Below, piece after piece: positions 45,888-54,759 of a stretch of DNA of 64,000 nt (the first letter of the stretch is position 1; each line of letters starts with the position of its first letter). This DNA is from Clostridiales bacterium. GTDB lineage: Bacteria > Bacillota > Clostridia > Christensenellales > Borkfalkiaceae. The stretch covers positions 59,669 through 123,668 of the forward strand of contig SVHT01000003.1 in NCBI GenBank assembly GCA_015055615.1. Direction: 5' to 3'. Below the pieces are notes generated by a model that saw nothing but the letters and a program-made list of their open reading frames with translations, made no database searches and had not been told where the DNA came from. Both the position numbers and the translations under genes were made by a program.

Positions 45888-46271
45888 ATGTTTCAACCGT
45901 ATTTGGACGTTTTGTGGCAGTTTTTAAAGGCGTTTTTGGTGGGCGGAAGTATCTGTATGATTGCGCAGATTATTATCAACTATACCGACTTAACGGCGGG
46001 CAAAATTTTGGTAATGTTCATGCTTTTTGGCGTGGTATTGCAAGGCTTGGGCGTGTACCAATATCTGGTCGATTTCGCTGGCGCAGGGGCAACCGTGCCT
46101 ATTTCAGGTTTTGGATATCTACTCGCCAGCGGCGCGATTAAGGGTGCGCAAAAGGGCTTGATTGGGGCGTTGACGGGCGCGCTTTCCGCCGCCAGCGCCG
46201 GGATTTCCGCCGCCGTTATTTTTTCCTTTTTAATGGCAATGGTTTTTCGCTCGAAGAGCAAGAAAAACTAA
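45888..46271 (+). CDS. spoVAE: Stage V sporulation protein AE (SpoVAEB type)
   Basis: FLVGGSICMIAQ and FAGAGATVPISGFG closely match SpoVAEB. Confidence 0.8.
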   Translation: MFQPYLDVLWQFLKAFLVGGSICMIAQIIINYTDLTAGKILVMFMLFGVVLQGLGVYQYLVDFAGAGATVPISGFGYLLASGAIKGAQKGLIGALTGALSAASAGISAAVIFSFLMAMVFRSKSKKN

Positions 46272-46978
46272 GGGGATAGGTTGCTCCTATTGCCGAAAAT
46301 ATCCGATTGCAAGTAGGTGTCGGGGACCTTGCCTACGATAACGTACTCGCCCACGAGGATTTGCGTGGTGACGGCAAAATTTTTCGTTTTGGAGGGCATA
46401 ACGATGCTGATATCCGCAATCGCATGGAGATAAATCGAGTGTTTCGTTTGGTTGATACCCACGCTCTCAAAGGTGGAGGAAAAGGCGCAGGAAACGCTAC
46501 TGACGGGGATAATGCGAAAGTGGATACTCGGTCCTAACCCCGCAAACGCCTCAATGCCCGTCAACGCCCCAAGGGGTACGGGAATCCCGTTTAGACTCAA
46601 ATTTTTTAAGTTGGATTGAGAGATAGAGGCGGTGTCGCGCGCGATTTTATTGATTTTTAGCGGGTTTGCCTCAAAGGCTACGATATCGCCACTTTCGTTA
46701 CGCGTAATCGTCACCAAATCCTCGTAGCGCATTTCATCGCTGAGGGTATAATACACGGCGTCGTTGACGGCGACCGTCGTGCAAGCGCGCATGGTCGCTT
46801 CGCTGATGGCAATCAGCACCCTTGTCACGTTGCGCTGAAAATATAAAAACAACCCGAAAGCGAGCAAAATCACCAACAGAAAAGTACATAAAATACGGCG
46901 TTTGCTAAACAGCTTGCGCTTTCTTTTTTTGCGTTTTTTCTTGCGGAACGTAGGAAGTCCGTAATAGGCGTGGCTCAC
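46268..46978 (-). CDS. yunB: Sporulation protein YunB
   Basis: Basic N-terminus, one TM, then the YunB-like pattern (...A...V..AV......E..Y.DLV.I....G.I......N...IN......). Confidence 0.7.
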   Translation of the reverse strand: MSHAYYGLPTFRKKKRKKRKRKLFSKRRILCTFLLVILLAFGLFLYFQRNVTRVLIAISEATMRACTTVAVNDAVYYTLSDEMRYEDLVTITRNESGDIVAFEANPLKINKIARDTASISQSNLKNLSLNGIPVPLGALTGIEAFAGLGPSIHFRIIPVSSVSCAFSSTFESVGINQTKHSIYLHAIADISIVMPSKTKNFAVTTQILVGEYVIVGKVPDTYLQSDIFGNRSNLSP

Positions 46979-48027
46979 GGGCGTAACAAACGGCGAATTT
47001 CTGCAAGGGTGTTTTCCGTGCCGTTGGCTTGCGTGTGCTCTTGCAGGCGGATAAATAATTCCTTATCCGCAAACGCTGTTTTGACCGCCCCAGATAATCG
47101 GTGTAGGTTTTCCTGGGCAAGAACGCGACAGAGCCCTTTTTTGCGAAAATATTCGGCGTTTTGGATTTGGTCCCCGCGCGAGGAGTGGGCGAGGGGAACG
47201 AAAATAGCGGGCTTTTTCATGGCAATAATTTCAAAGAGCGCGCCCGCGCCCGCGCGTGATAAAACCAAGTCGGCGCAAGCGTACGCCCTACCCATGTCCG
47301 CGATGAACTCCTCTTGAATATAATTTTTGACGTTGCTTTCCACTCGATTGCCTTTTCCGCAGATATGCAAAACCGTACAAAAGGCAGTCAGGTCCTTAAT
47401 CTGCGCGCGGATAGCGTCGTTGATGACTTGACTTCCGCTCCCCCCGCCAAGGACGAGCAATACCTTTTCGTCGGGCGAAAGCTTGTATTGTTTCCGCGCC
47501 TCTATACGCGTTGCGTTGAATAAGCTACGGCGCAAGGGTGCGCCGACGTATTTACCGTTTTTAAACCGCTGTGCCGTTTCGGGAAAAGCGGTCAAAACGA
47601 GGTGGCATTTTTTCGCCGCCAAACGGTTGGCAAGCCCCGCGGAGAAATCGCTCTCGTGGGTAAGGCAGGGGATACGCAACCGACGCGCCGCGTGAAGAAC
47701 GGGCAGGGCAACGTACCCGCCTTTGGAAAAGACGAGGTCGGGTTGAAAGGTTTTGATGCCCCTTTCCGCCTCTTTGACAGCGCGCGAAAACGCAAAGGGG
47801 ATTTTGACGTTTTTCATTAGTCCCGCAAAACCGCCTCCACGGATAAGCTTTGGACAAGCAATCTCATAATAGGGGATTTTGCGCGTGGAAAGCAAGGATT
47901 TTTCAATGCCCGCCGTGCCCATATAACAAACGTCCGCTTCGCCGGTTGCTAAAATTTCGTCGATAAGCGCAAGATTGGGGATAACGTGCCCCGCGCTGCC
48001 ACCGCCTGTAAAAAGGATTTTTTTCAT
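46975..48027 (-). CDS. murG: Undecaprenyldiphospho-muramoylpentapeptide beta-N-acetylglucosaminyltransferase
   Basis: MKKILFTGGGSAGHV N-terminus and C-terminal GGSGSQ..N, SRAGAGALFE motifs. Confidence 0.85.
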   Translation of the reverse strand: MKKILFTGGGSAGHVIPNLALIDEILATGEADVCYMGTAGIEKSLLSTRKIPYYEIACPKLIRGGGFAGLMKNVKIPFAFSRAVKEAERGIKTFQPDLVFSKGGYVALPVLHAARRLRIPCLTHESDFSAGLANRLAAKKCHLVLTAFPETAQRFKNGKYVGAPLRRSLFNATRIEARKQYKLSPDEKVLLVLGGGSGSQVINDAIRAQIKDLTAFCTVLHICGKGNRVESNVKNYIQEEFIADMGRAYACADLVLSRAGAGALFEIIAMKKPAIFVPLAHSSRGDQIQNAEYFRKKGLCRVLAQENLHRLSGAVKTAFADKELFIRLQEHTQANGTENTLAEIRRLLRP

Positions 48028-48090
48028 AACGTACCGCCTTATAATCGTTTACTATTATTATAGGCGGTAAGTTTTTCGAATATTCCCGAC

Positions 48091-48134
48091 AAAAAACCGA
48101 CGGCCGTCTATCGCGTACCGTCGGTCTGTTTTTC
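48091..48134 (-). terminator. Terminator after the WYL regulator gene
   Basis: Stem CCGACGG / CCGTCGG with a 14-nt loop. T-run on the minus strand. Confidence 0.55.
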
Positions 48135-48144
48135 AGTAGGGGAT

Positions 48145-49071
48145 TTATTGATACAGCGCGGAAATTTTCGCGGCTTGCTCAGCAACGCGCGCGCAGAGCT
48201 CTTTGGGCGCAACGACCTTCATGCCCGCGCCAAGGCTGACGATTTTGCGAACCAAGCTCTCGTCGTCGGGTAGGGTAACTTCTGCTTGCCATTTCCCGTT
48301 TTTATATTGCATATTTTCCACGCCCAGCCAATCTTGCGCGTCGGCAAAAGCGTTGTCGTCTATCTCAAAATTCGCCGTCACCGTTTTTTCGTTCGTCCAA
48401 TAATTCAAGGGGATATCTTCGCGTGCAAAGGGGCGTTTTGTAAAGGTTTCGTCCGTTTTTAAAGTGGCGACGATTCGCCCCAAACGGAAAAGTCGAAAGG
48501 CGCGCTGTTTGTGACAGAAAGCAAACACGTACCATACGCCCTGCTTAAAAACGAGTACGTGCGGTTCAATCCGTCTTTGCGTTTTTTCGCCCACACGGGA
48601 GTGGTATTCGATTTCCAAAAGAATTCTGTCGCGGATACACTCTTCGACGAGGTGTACCTTTTCCGAAAAGGTGCGCGTATCTCCCCAAGTACCGCCGTCC
48701 ACCAAAATATTTCCCACGTCGCCCGAAAGGGTAAGGTCGCGCGCCTCCGCCTTAACTTGCGCCGACAGTTTGCGCTTTGCGTCCAAAAAACGTTCTTGCG
48801 GGAGTTGAGAATACATGGCGGAAAGGGCTTCAATCGCCGCCTCGTACTCGTCCTTGGTCATAAAGCCCACGGGCAGTTTGTAATTGTCCGAAATGTAGAT
48901 ACCGCCGTTTCTGCCCCGCTTTACGTATACGGGAATCGTGGTGGACATTAGGTCGATATACCGATACACGGTACGCTGTGAAATTTCGTATTTTTCCGCC
49001 AAATACGTCGCCGTCATTTTGCGCTTTGCAAGCAAATCAAATAAAATTGCAATCAAAATGGAAAATTTCAT
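48145..49071 (-). CDS. HTH plus WYL domain transcriptional regulator (YafY-like)
   Basis: N-terminal wHTH (MTATYLAEKYEISQRTVYRYIDLM) and central WYL-type region (RRIEPHVLVFKQGVWYVFAFC). Start taken at the ATG at 49071. Confidence 0.8.
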   Translation of the reverse strand: MKFSILIAILFDLLAKRKMTATYLAEKYEISQRTVYRYIDLMSTTIPVYVKRGRNGGIYISDNYKLPVGFMTKDEYEAAIEALSAMYSQLPQERFLDAKRKLSAQVKAEARDLTLSGDVGNILVDGGTWGDTRTFSEKVHLVEECIRDRILLEIEYHSRVGEKTQRRIEPHVLVFKQGVWYVFAFCHKQRAFRLFRLGRIVATLKTDETFTKRPFAREDIPLNYWTNEKTVTANFEIDDNAFADAQDWLGVENMQYKNGKWQAEVTLPDDESLVRKIVSLGAGMKVVAPKELCARVAEQAAKISALYQ

Positions 49072-49130
49072 ATCTATTCCCACAACCTTTAAAATTTTTT
49101 TTGATTTTTGTAAAAATATTTTAACATATA

Positions 49131-49168
49131 TGACAGATATTGTCAAGTTTTTTGTGCTATTCTATGCT
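49131..49168 (+). promoter_or_regulatory. Palindrome overlapping a candidate promoter, divergent from the WYL gene
   Basis: TGACA-GATAT-TGTCA (49131-49145) overlaps TTGTCA (49140-49145), then a 17-nt spacer and TATGCT (49163-49168). Confidence 0.35.
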
Positions 49169-49195
49169 TGTAAAAAACGAAAAGGCGGAAAAAAT

Positions 49196-49408
49196 ATGTT
49201 GACTTTTGACGAATATTTGGCGGAAATGGAAGAGAGAAGAGCGCGTGAAAAACGGCAGGCTTTCAATGCCGAACTCGCGCAGAGCTTACGCGAAAAGACG
49301 CACGAAGAGAGTGTTTTGGCGTTGTACGCATGTATGACGTTTTCGGGAAAAGTTTTGGACGTTTTGCCCTCTGTTGTATCGGAAAACCGTCCACAGCTTG
49401 TCTTTTAA
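49196..49408 (+). CDS. Small hypothetical protein (70 aa), weakly supported
   Basis: Internal ATG of the tracked ORF, downstream of the candidate promoter. The RBS is weak (AAGGCGGA) and no family is recognised. Confidence 0.25.
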   Translation: MLTFDEYLAEMEERRAREKRQAFNAELAQSLREKTHEESVLALYACMTFSGKVLDVLPSVVSENRPQLVF

Positions 49409-49450
49409 GACAATTTCTTCCGTTTGCCGATAAAAAAACGGGCAAAACAC

Positions 49451-49480
49451 TTGACAAACACGCGAAAAAAGTGATACATT
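49451..49480 (+). promoter_or_regulatory. Candidate sigma-A promoter of tyrS
   Basis: TTGACA, 18-nt spacer, TACATT, about 50 nt upstream of the ATG. Confidence 0.4.
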
Positions 49481-49530
49481 GTATAGTGATAATTCGCTCT
49501 TTACAGGGCTTGAAAAAAGGAGTATAGACA

Positions 49531-50724
49531 ATGGCAAACGTAATGGACACGCTCCGTGCGCGCGGGTTTGTAAAGCAAACGGTGTACGAGGAAGAATTGT
49601 ATGAAAAACTCGGCAAGGAAAGCGTGCCTTTTTATATTGGGTTCGACCCCACGGCAGATTCTTTGCACGTAGGGCATTTTATGCAGCTTATAGCCATGCA
49701 CCACATGCAACAGGCGGGACATAAGCCTATTATTTTGATAGGTGGCGGTACGGCGATGGTCGGCGATCCGTCGGGCAGAACGGATATGCGCTCGATGATG
49801 ACGAAGGAAACGATTCGTCACAACGTGGAGTGTTTCAAAAAGCAAATGGCGCGTTTTATCGATTTCGAGGGGGAAAACGCGGCGATTGTCGTGGACAACG
49901 GCGATTGGTTGCTCGATTTGAACTATATCGAATTCTTGCGTGAAATCGGTACCCATTTCTCCGTCAACAAAATGCTGACGGCAGAGTGTTTTAAACAGCG
50001 TTTGGAAAGGGGACTTTCCTTCCTCGAATTTAACTATATGCTGATGCAGGGCTACGATTTCTTGGTTCTGTATAGAAAGTACGGCTGTCAGTTGGAACTT
50101 GGCGGCGACGATCAATGGAGCAATATTTTGGCGGGCGCAAACTTGATTCGCGTTAAGGAACAAAAACCTGCGTATGCCATGACGTTCACCCTTTTGACGA
50201 CTTCGGACGGTAAAAAAATGGGCAAGACGGCAAAGGGCGCGGTATGGCTTGACGAAAACAAGACCACCCCGTACGAATTCTATCAGTATTGGCGCAATAT
50301 CGCGGACGAGGACGTGGAAAAGTGTATGAAATTGCTCACGTTCTTGCCCTTGGAACAGATTGAAGAGCTCTGCGCGCACCGCGACGAGCGTATCAACAAA
50401 GCGAAAGAGGTTTTGGCGTACGAGCTGACGAAAGAAGTACACGGCGAAGAAAAGGCGAACGTGGCGCAGAGCCAAGCAAAAGCGGCTTTCGGTGGCGCAG
50501 ACGCAGAGCTTTTGACCAAGGAAGTTTCGGACGTTGCTACGGTCGTAGACGCGATGGTGGCGGCTGGCGTTGCAAAATCGAAGGGCGAGGCAAGACGTTT
50601 GATCGAACAAGGTGGCGTTTCGGTGGACGAAACGAAGGTTACGGACGCAAATATGGCGATTCCGTCCAACGAATTCGTGTTGCATAAGGGTAAAAAAGTA
50701 CACCTCAAAGTGGTGGTAAAATAA
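49531..50724 (+). CDS. tyrS: Tyrosine--tRNA ligase
   Basis: Class I HIGH motif (SLHVGH), KMGKT (KMSKS-type) motif and a C-terminal S4-like domain. Confidence 0.95.
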   Translation: MANVMDTLRARGFVKQTVYEEELYEKLGKESVPFYIGFDPTADSLHVGHFMQLIAMHHMQQAGHKPIILIGGGTAMVGDPSGRTDMRSMMTKETIRHNVECFKKQMARFIDFEGENAAIVVDNGDWLLDLNYIEFLREIGTHFSVNKMLTAECFKQRLERGLSFLEFNYMLMQGYDFLVLYRKYGCQLELGGDDQWSNILAGANLIRVKEQKPAYAMTFTLLTTSDGKKMGKTAKGAVWLDENKTTPYEFYQYWRNIADEDVEKCMKLLTFLPLEQIEELCAHRDERINKAKEVLAYELTKEVHGEEKANVAQSQAKAAFGGADAELLTKEVSDVATVVDAMVAAGVAKSKGEARRLIEQGGVSVDETKVTDANMAIPSNEFVLHKGKKVHLKVVVK

Positions 50725-50823
50725 GCAAAAATGAGAGCGGCGGAAAGAACTTTCGTCGCTCCCTTTATTGACAAGAATTTTCTTGTATGTTATAATATAG
50801 CAAAGCGGAAAAAGGAGCGGAAA

Positions 50824-51456
50824 ATGGAAAAATCGGTACGGACGGTTTTTGCCCGTCACGAGAGTGAAAAAATCATAGAAAAATCCCGATTTATCACCTT
50901 TTCCGCGCACGTGGAAAGCGAGGAAGAGGCGAGGGCGTTTATTGCGGAAATCCGCTCGAAACACTCCCTTGCAACCCACGTATGCTATGCGTTTATCTCG
51001 GACAAGACGGGACATTTGCAACGCTTTTCGGACGACGGCGAACCGCAAGGCACGGCAGGCGTGCCGATTTTAGAGGTTTTAAAGGCGAAAAAGCTGTTTG
51101 AAACGGCGGTGGCGGTCGTGCGGTATTTCGGCGGGGTTAAGTTGGGCGCGGGCGGTTTGGTGCGCGCCTATTCGTCGTCGGCGGCGGAGAATTTAGACGG
51201 GGCGGATATCCGCGTTTTGGAAATGTGCGAAGAGTACGTTCTCATCGTCGATTATACGGGCATTGACGGCGTGCAAAAATATCTTTCCGCACACAGTTGC
51301 AGTTTGCTTTCCACCGATTACGGCGAAAAGGTTTCGTTCACCGTTGCGGTAAAAAAAGCGGAAGGGCAACAATTTATTGCCGAGCTCGTCGACTATATGC
51401 AAGGCAGAGTGGAATACGAAAAGGGCAAGGAATATTACGCGCCGTTTAAGGAATAA
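50824..51456 (+). CDS. yigZ: YigZ/IMPACT family protein
   Basis: KSRFI, DDGEPQGTAG.PIL and VVRYFGG.KLG..GLVRAY motifs. Confidence 0.8.
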   Translation: MEKSVRTVFARHESEKIIEKSRFITFSAHVESEEEARAFIAEIRSKHSLATHVCYAFISDKTGHLQRFSDDGEPQGTAGVPILEVLKAKKLFETAVAVVRYFGGVKLGAGGLVRAYSSSAAENLDGADIRVLEMCEEYVLIVDYTGIDGVQKYLSAHSCSLLSTDYGEKVSFTVAVKKAEGQQFIAELVDYMQGRVEYEKGKEYYAPFKE

Positions 51457-51494
51457 CGGCGTATAAAAATAGCAAAACAAAAGGGGGTAGCTCT

Positions 51495-52421
51495 ATGAAA
51501 TACTGTACTTTGCGGGATATGTACGCATCGTCTATCGTGATGGGCTGTATGCGTATTTTCGACAAGCCGTTGGAACAGACGGAAAAGGTCATGGTGGAGG
51601 CAATGGGCGCGGGCGTGAATATGTTCGACCTTGCCGACGTTTACGGCGCGGGGAACAGCGAAAAGGTGTTCGGCGTAGCCATTCGCGACTTGGGCGTGAA
51701 TCGTAAAGATTACATTTTGCAGACAAAATGCGGTATCCACAAGGACGAGAGCGGAAAAATCGTAGGTTTCGATTTTTCCAAAGAGCACATTATCTCTTCC
51801 GTCGAGAGCAGTTTAAAACGCTTGAATACCGAATATGTCGACATTTTATTGTTGCACCGCCCCGACACGCTCGTTGAGCCCGAAGAGGTAGGCGAGGCGT
51901 TTGAACGGCTCCGTGACGACGGTAAGGTAAAGGCGTTTGGCGTCAGCAATTTTTCCGCAACGCAAATGCAGCTTTTCCGCGCCTCGGGCATTGAAATCGT
52001 CGCCAACCAAATGCAGTTCTCTCTTGGACATACCGCGCTGATTGACGCGGGCTTTAACGTCAATATGTATAAGGACGAATCGGTGACGCGCGCGGGGGAC
52101 GTTTTGGAATATAGCAGACTCCGCAATATCCCCTTGCAAGCTTGGTCGCCCTTGCAGTACGGCTTTTTCGAGGGCGTGTTTATCGGCAACGAAAAATTCC
52201 CCGTGCTCAACGCAAAGCTTGCGGAATTGGCGGAAAAATACAACGTGACGACGACGGCGATTGCCTTTGCGTGGATTTTGCGCCACCCCGCCTTTAAACA
52301 AGCGGTTACGGGCACGACCAACCCCCAACGCATGAAAGAAATTTGCGCGGCGGCAGACGTGACTTTGACGAGAGAAGAGTGGTATCAACTGTACCTTGCT
52401 ACAGGCAAAATTTTACCGTAA
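51495..52421 (+). CDS. Aldo/keto reductase
   Basis: DLADVYG, LLLHRPD, GVSNF and the overall AKR pattern. Confidence 0.8.
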   Translation: MKYCTLRDMYASSIVMGCMRIFDKPLEQTEKVMVEAMGAGVNMFDLADVYGAGNSEKVFGVAIRDLGVNRKDYILQTKCGIHKDESGKIVGFDFSKEHIISSVESSLKRLNTEYVDILLLHRPDTLVEPEEVGEAFERLRDDGKVKAFGVSNFSATQMQLFRASGIEIVANQMQFSLGHTALIDAGFNVNMYKDESVTRAGDVLEYSRLRNIPLQAWSPLQYGFFEGVFIGNEKFPVLNAKLAELAEKYNVTTTAIAFAWILRHPAFKQAVTGTTNPQRMKEICAAADVTLTREEWYQLYLATGKILP

Positions 52422-52430
52422 AACGGCGGA

Positions 52431-52867
52431 TAAGCGTCGCGCTACTTTGTCGGGCTTTCGATTTTTCTCGGTCACGTACGTCTATGTACGCTCCCGTCGA
52501 AAAAGCCGCGCCCTTCGCGTATCGCTCGCTTCTGCACCGTTTTAACCGCGCGGACTACTTGTTTAAGCGTCGCGCTATTTTGTCGGGCTTTCGATTTTTC
52601 TCGGTCACGTACGTCTATGTACGCTCCCGTCGAAAAAGCCGTGCCCTTCGCGTATCGCTCGCTTCTGCACCGTTTTAACCGCGCGGACTACTTGTTTAAG
52701 CGTCGCGCTACTTTGTCGGGCTTTCGATTTTTCTCGGTCACGTACGTCTATGTACGCTCCCGTCGAAAAAGCCGCGCCCTTCGCGTATCGCTCGCTTCTG
52801 CACCGTTTTAACCGCGCGGACTACTTGTTTAAGCGTCGCACTACTTTGTCGGGCTTTCGATTTTTCT
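52431..52867. repeat. Tandem array of a 133-bp GC-rich structured element (3 full copies plus a 38-bp partial)
   Basis: TAAGCGTCGC recurs at 52431, 52564, 52697 and 52830 (period 133). I found only two substitutions in copy 2 (both C to T) and one in the partial copy 4, by eye. Each unit contains hairpin CGTAC-GTCTAT-GTACG nested in GGCTTTCGA.../...TCGAAAAAGCC. Confidence 0.9.
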
Positions 52868-52895
52868 TGTTAACCAAATAGATGCTCGTTACAAT
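52867..52895 (+). promoter_or_regulatory. Sigma-A type promoter of the phosphoglucomutase gene
   Basis: TTGTTA, 17-nt spacer, TACAAT. The -35 box starts exactly where the last repeat copy diverges. Confidence 0.5.
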
Positions 52896-52915
52896 ATAAA
52901 AAAGGACGTAAGGAA

Positions 52916-54562
52916 ATGAACGTTTTAGAATTATATCAACAATGGCTGAAAAAGACGGAAAACAATCCGCAAATTTACGACGAATTGCTCGCTGTAAAAG
53001 ACGACGAAAAGGCGATTGAAGACCGCTTTTATAAAGGACTTGCCTTCGGTACGGGCGGGCTTCGCGGGGTAATTGGCGCGGGGACAAACCGCATGAACGT
53101 ATATTCGGTGGGCAAGGCAACGCTCGGACTTGCCGATTATCTTTTAGAAAATGCAAACGGGAAATCCGTCGGCGTGGCGATTGCGTACGACAGCCGCAAT
53201 ATGTCTAAGGAATTCGCCTATTTGGCGGCGCAAATTTTGTCGGCGAAAGGGATTAAGGCGTATCTGTTTGCAGAGCTCACGCCCACGCCCGTTTTGTCCT
53301 TTGCGGTGCGCTATTTAAAGGCGGACGCGGGCATCGTCATCACGGCGAGCCACAACCCTAAGGAATACAACGGCTATAAGGTGTATAACGAGCTCGGCTG
53401 TCAGATTACCGACGGTGCGGCAAAGGCGATTACCGCTTGCATTGAAAAGCACGGTTATTTTGACGAATATACCCCTAACGAAAGCTTAATCGTCTATTTG
53501 GGCGAGGACGTAAAACGCGCCTTTTTGGACGCGATTAAGGCGTTTTCCATTTCTGAAATCACGGCGGAAAATCTGCCGTCCGTGGTGTATAGCCCCTTGC
53601 ACGGTACGGGACGAAAGTACGTACAAGCGATTTTGAAAGAGCTCGGTGTGACGTCGTTACATACGGTTGCGGAACAGGAAGAGCCAGACGGCAATTTTAC
53701 GACCTGCCCCTATCCCAATCCCGAGGAAAAGGCGGCGCTTACCTTGGCGCTCCGCGATGCGGAAATTTACAAGCCCGACCTCGTTATGGCGACCGACCCC
53801 GACGCCGACCGTATCGGTATTGCGGTGGCAAACGAGAAGGGGGAATACGTCCTTTTGAACGGCAACGAAACGGGGAGTATTTTGCTCTATTATATTCTGT
53901 CGAGAAAGCGTGAAATGGGTACGCTCGGCGCAACTCCGACCGTCATCAAAACCATCGTTACCACGGACATTGTCTTTGATATGGCGAAAGAATTCAGCGC
54001 GGAAGTCAAGGAAGTTTTGACGGGCTTTAAATATATCGGCGAGGCGTTGGAAAACACCGACAATTACGTGCTTGGTTTGGAAGAGAGCTACGGGTATTTG
54101 GTTGGTACGCATGCGCGGGACAAAGACGCGGTTTCGGCGGCGATGTTGATTGTAGAGGCGTGCGCGTATTTCAAAGGAAAGGGCAAGAGTTTGTTTGCCG
54201 TGCTCAACGAAATTTACGAAAAATACGGGTATTACCGCACCGATTTGTTCTCGATTTCCTTGCCTGGCAAGGACGGTATGGAAAAAATGCAAGAAATGCT
54301 TGTTAAAATTCGTAAAAATCCCGAAAAAGCATTCGACGGAAAAGATTTTACGTTTGCCGATTTTGCGAAGGGGTTGTTCGGACTCCCCAAGAGCGACGTT
54401 TTGCGTTTTGTCAACGATACCTACCGCGTGTTGATTCGCCCCAGCGGAACGGAGCCGAAGATGAAGGTGTATTTGCAGGTAAAAGGAAACTCTCCTGCGG
54501 ACGCGGACGAGAAATTGGCAAGGATTAGGACGGCGGTAAAAACCGATTGGATTGGCGTATAA
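52916..54562 (+). CDS. Phospho-sugar mutase (phosphoglucomutase/phosphomannomutase family)
   Basis: Active-site loop ITASHNPKEYNGYK, metal loop ATDPDADR, and RPSGTEPK phosphate-binding loop. Confidence 0.85.
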   Translation: MNVLELYQQWLKKTENNPQIYDELLAVKDDEKAIEDRFYKGLAFGTGGLRGVIGAGTNRMNVYSVGKATLGLADYLLENANGKSVGVAIAYDSRNMSKEFAYLAAQILSAKGIKAYLFAELTPTPVLSFAVRYLKADAGIVITASHNPKEYNGYKVYNELGCQITDGAAKAITACIEKHGYFDEYTPNESLIVYLGEDVKRAFLDAIKAFSISEITAENLPSVVYSPLHGTGRKYVQAILKELGVTSLHTVAEQEEPDGNFTTCPYPNPEEKAALTLALRDAEIYKPDLVMATDPDADRIGIAVANEKGEYVLLNGNETGSILLYYILSRKREMGTLGATPTVIKTIVTTDIVFDMAKEFSAEVKEVLTGFKYIGEALENTDNYVLGLEESYGYLVGTHARDKDAVSAAMLIVEACAYFKGKGKSLFAVLNEIYEKYGYYRTDLFSISLPGKDGMEKMQEMLVKIRKNPEKAFDGKDFTFADFAKGLFGLPKSDVLRFVNDTYRVLIRPSGTEPKMKVYLQVKGNSPADADEKLARIRTAVKTDWIGV

Positions 54563-54759
54563 AAACCGTGTGTAAAAAATGCAAAAACTCGCCAAAATAT
54601 ATAAAGAAAGTAAAAAAGTACAAAAAAGGCGGGGAAATTGTGCAAAATATACAATAGGGCATAGGAAGTTTGTGAAAAATGCCCATTGTAAAAATTTTTC
54701 AAATATAGTAAAATAATAGTAATGAAAAAAAATGATAATCCATTTGGAGGAAAAAGATT

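Noticed and set aside
49270-49530. T-box riboswitch upstream of tyrS
   Set aside because: A candidate promoter lies only about 50 nt from the ATG. I found no T-box consensus (..GGTGGTACCGCG..) and no specifier or antiterminator architecture in the 460-nt gap.
52343-52811. ORFs of 111 and 64 aa running through the 133-bp array
   Set aside because: The period is not a multiple of three, so each unit is read in a different frame. There is no RBS, and the sequences are Arg/Ser/Phe-rich. These ORFs are artefacts of the repeat.
52431-52867. CRISPR array?
   Set aside because: The units are 133 bp and directly abutting, with no unique spacers, and there are no cas genes. This is a tandem repeat, not CRISPR.
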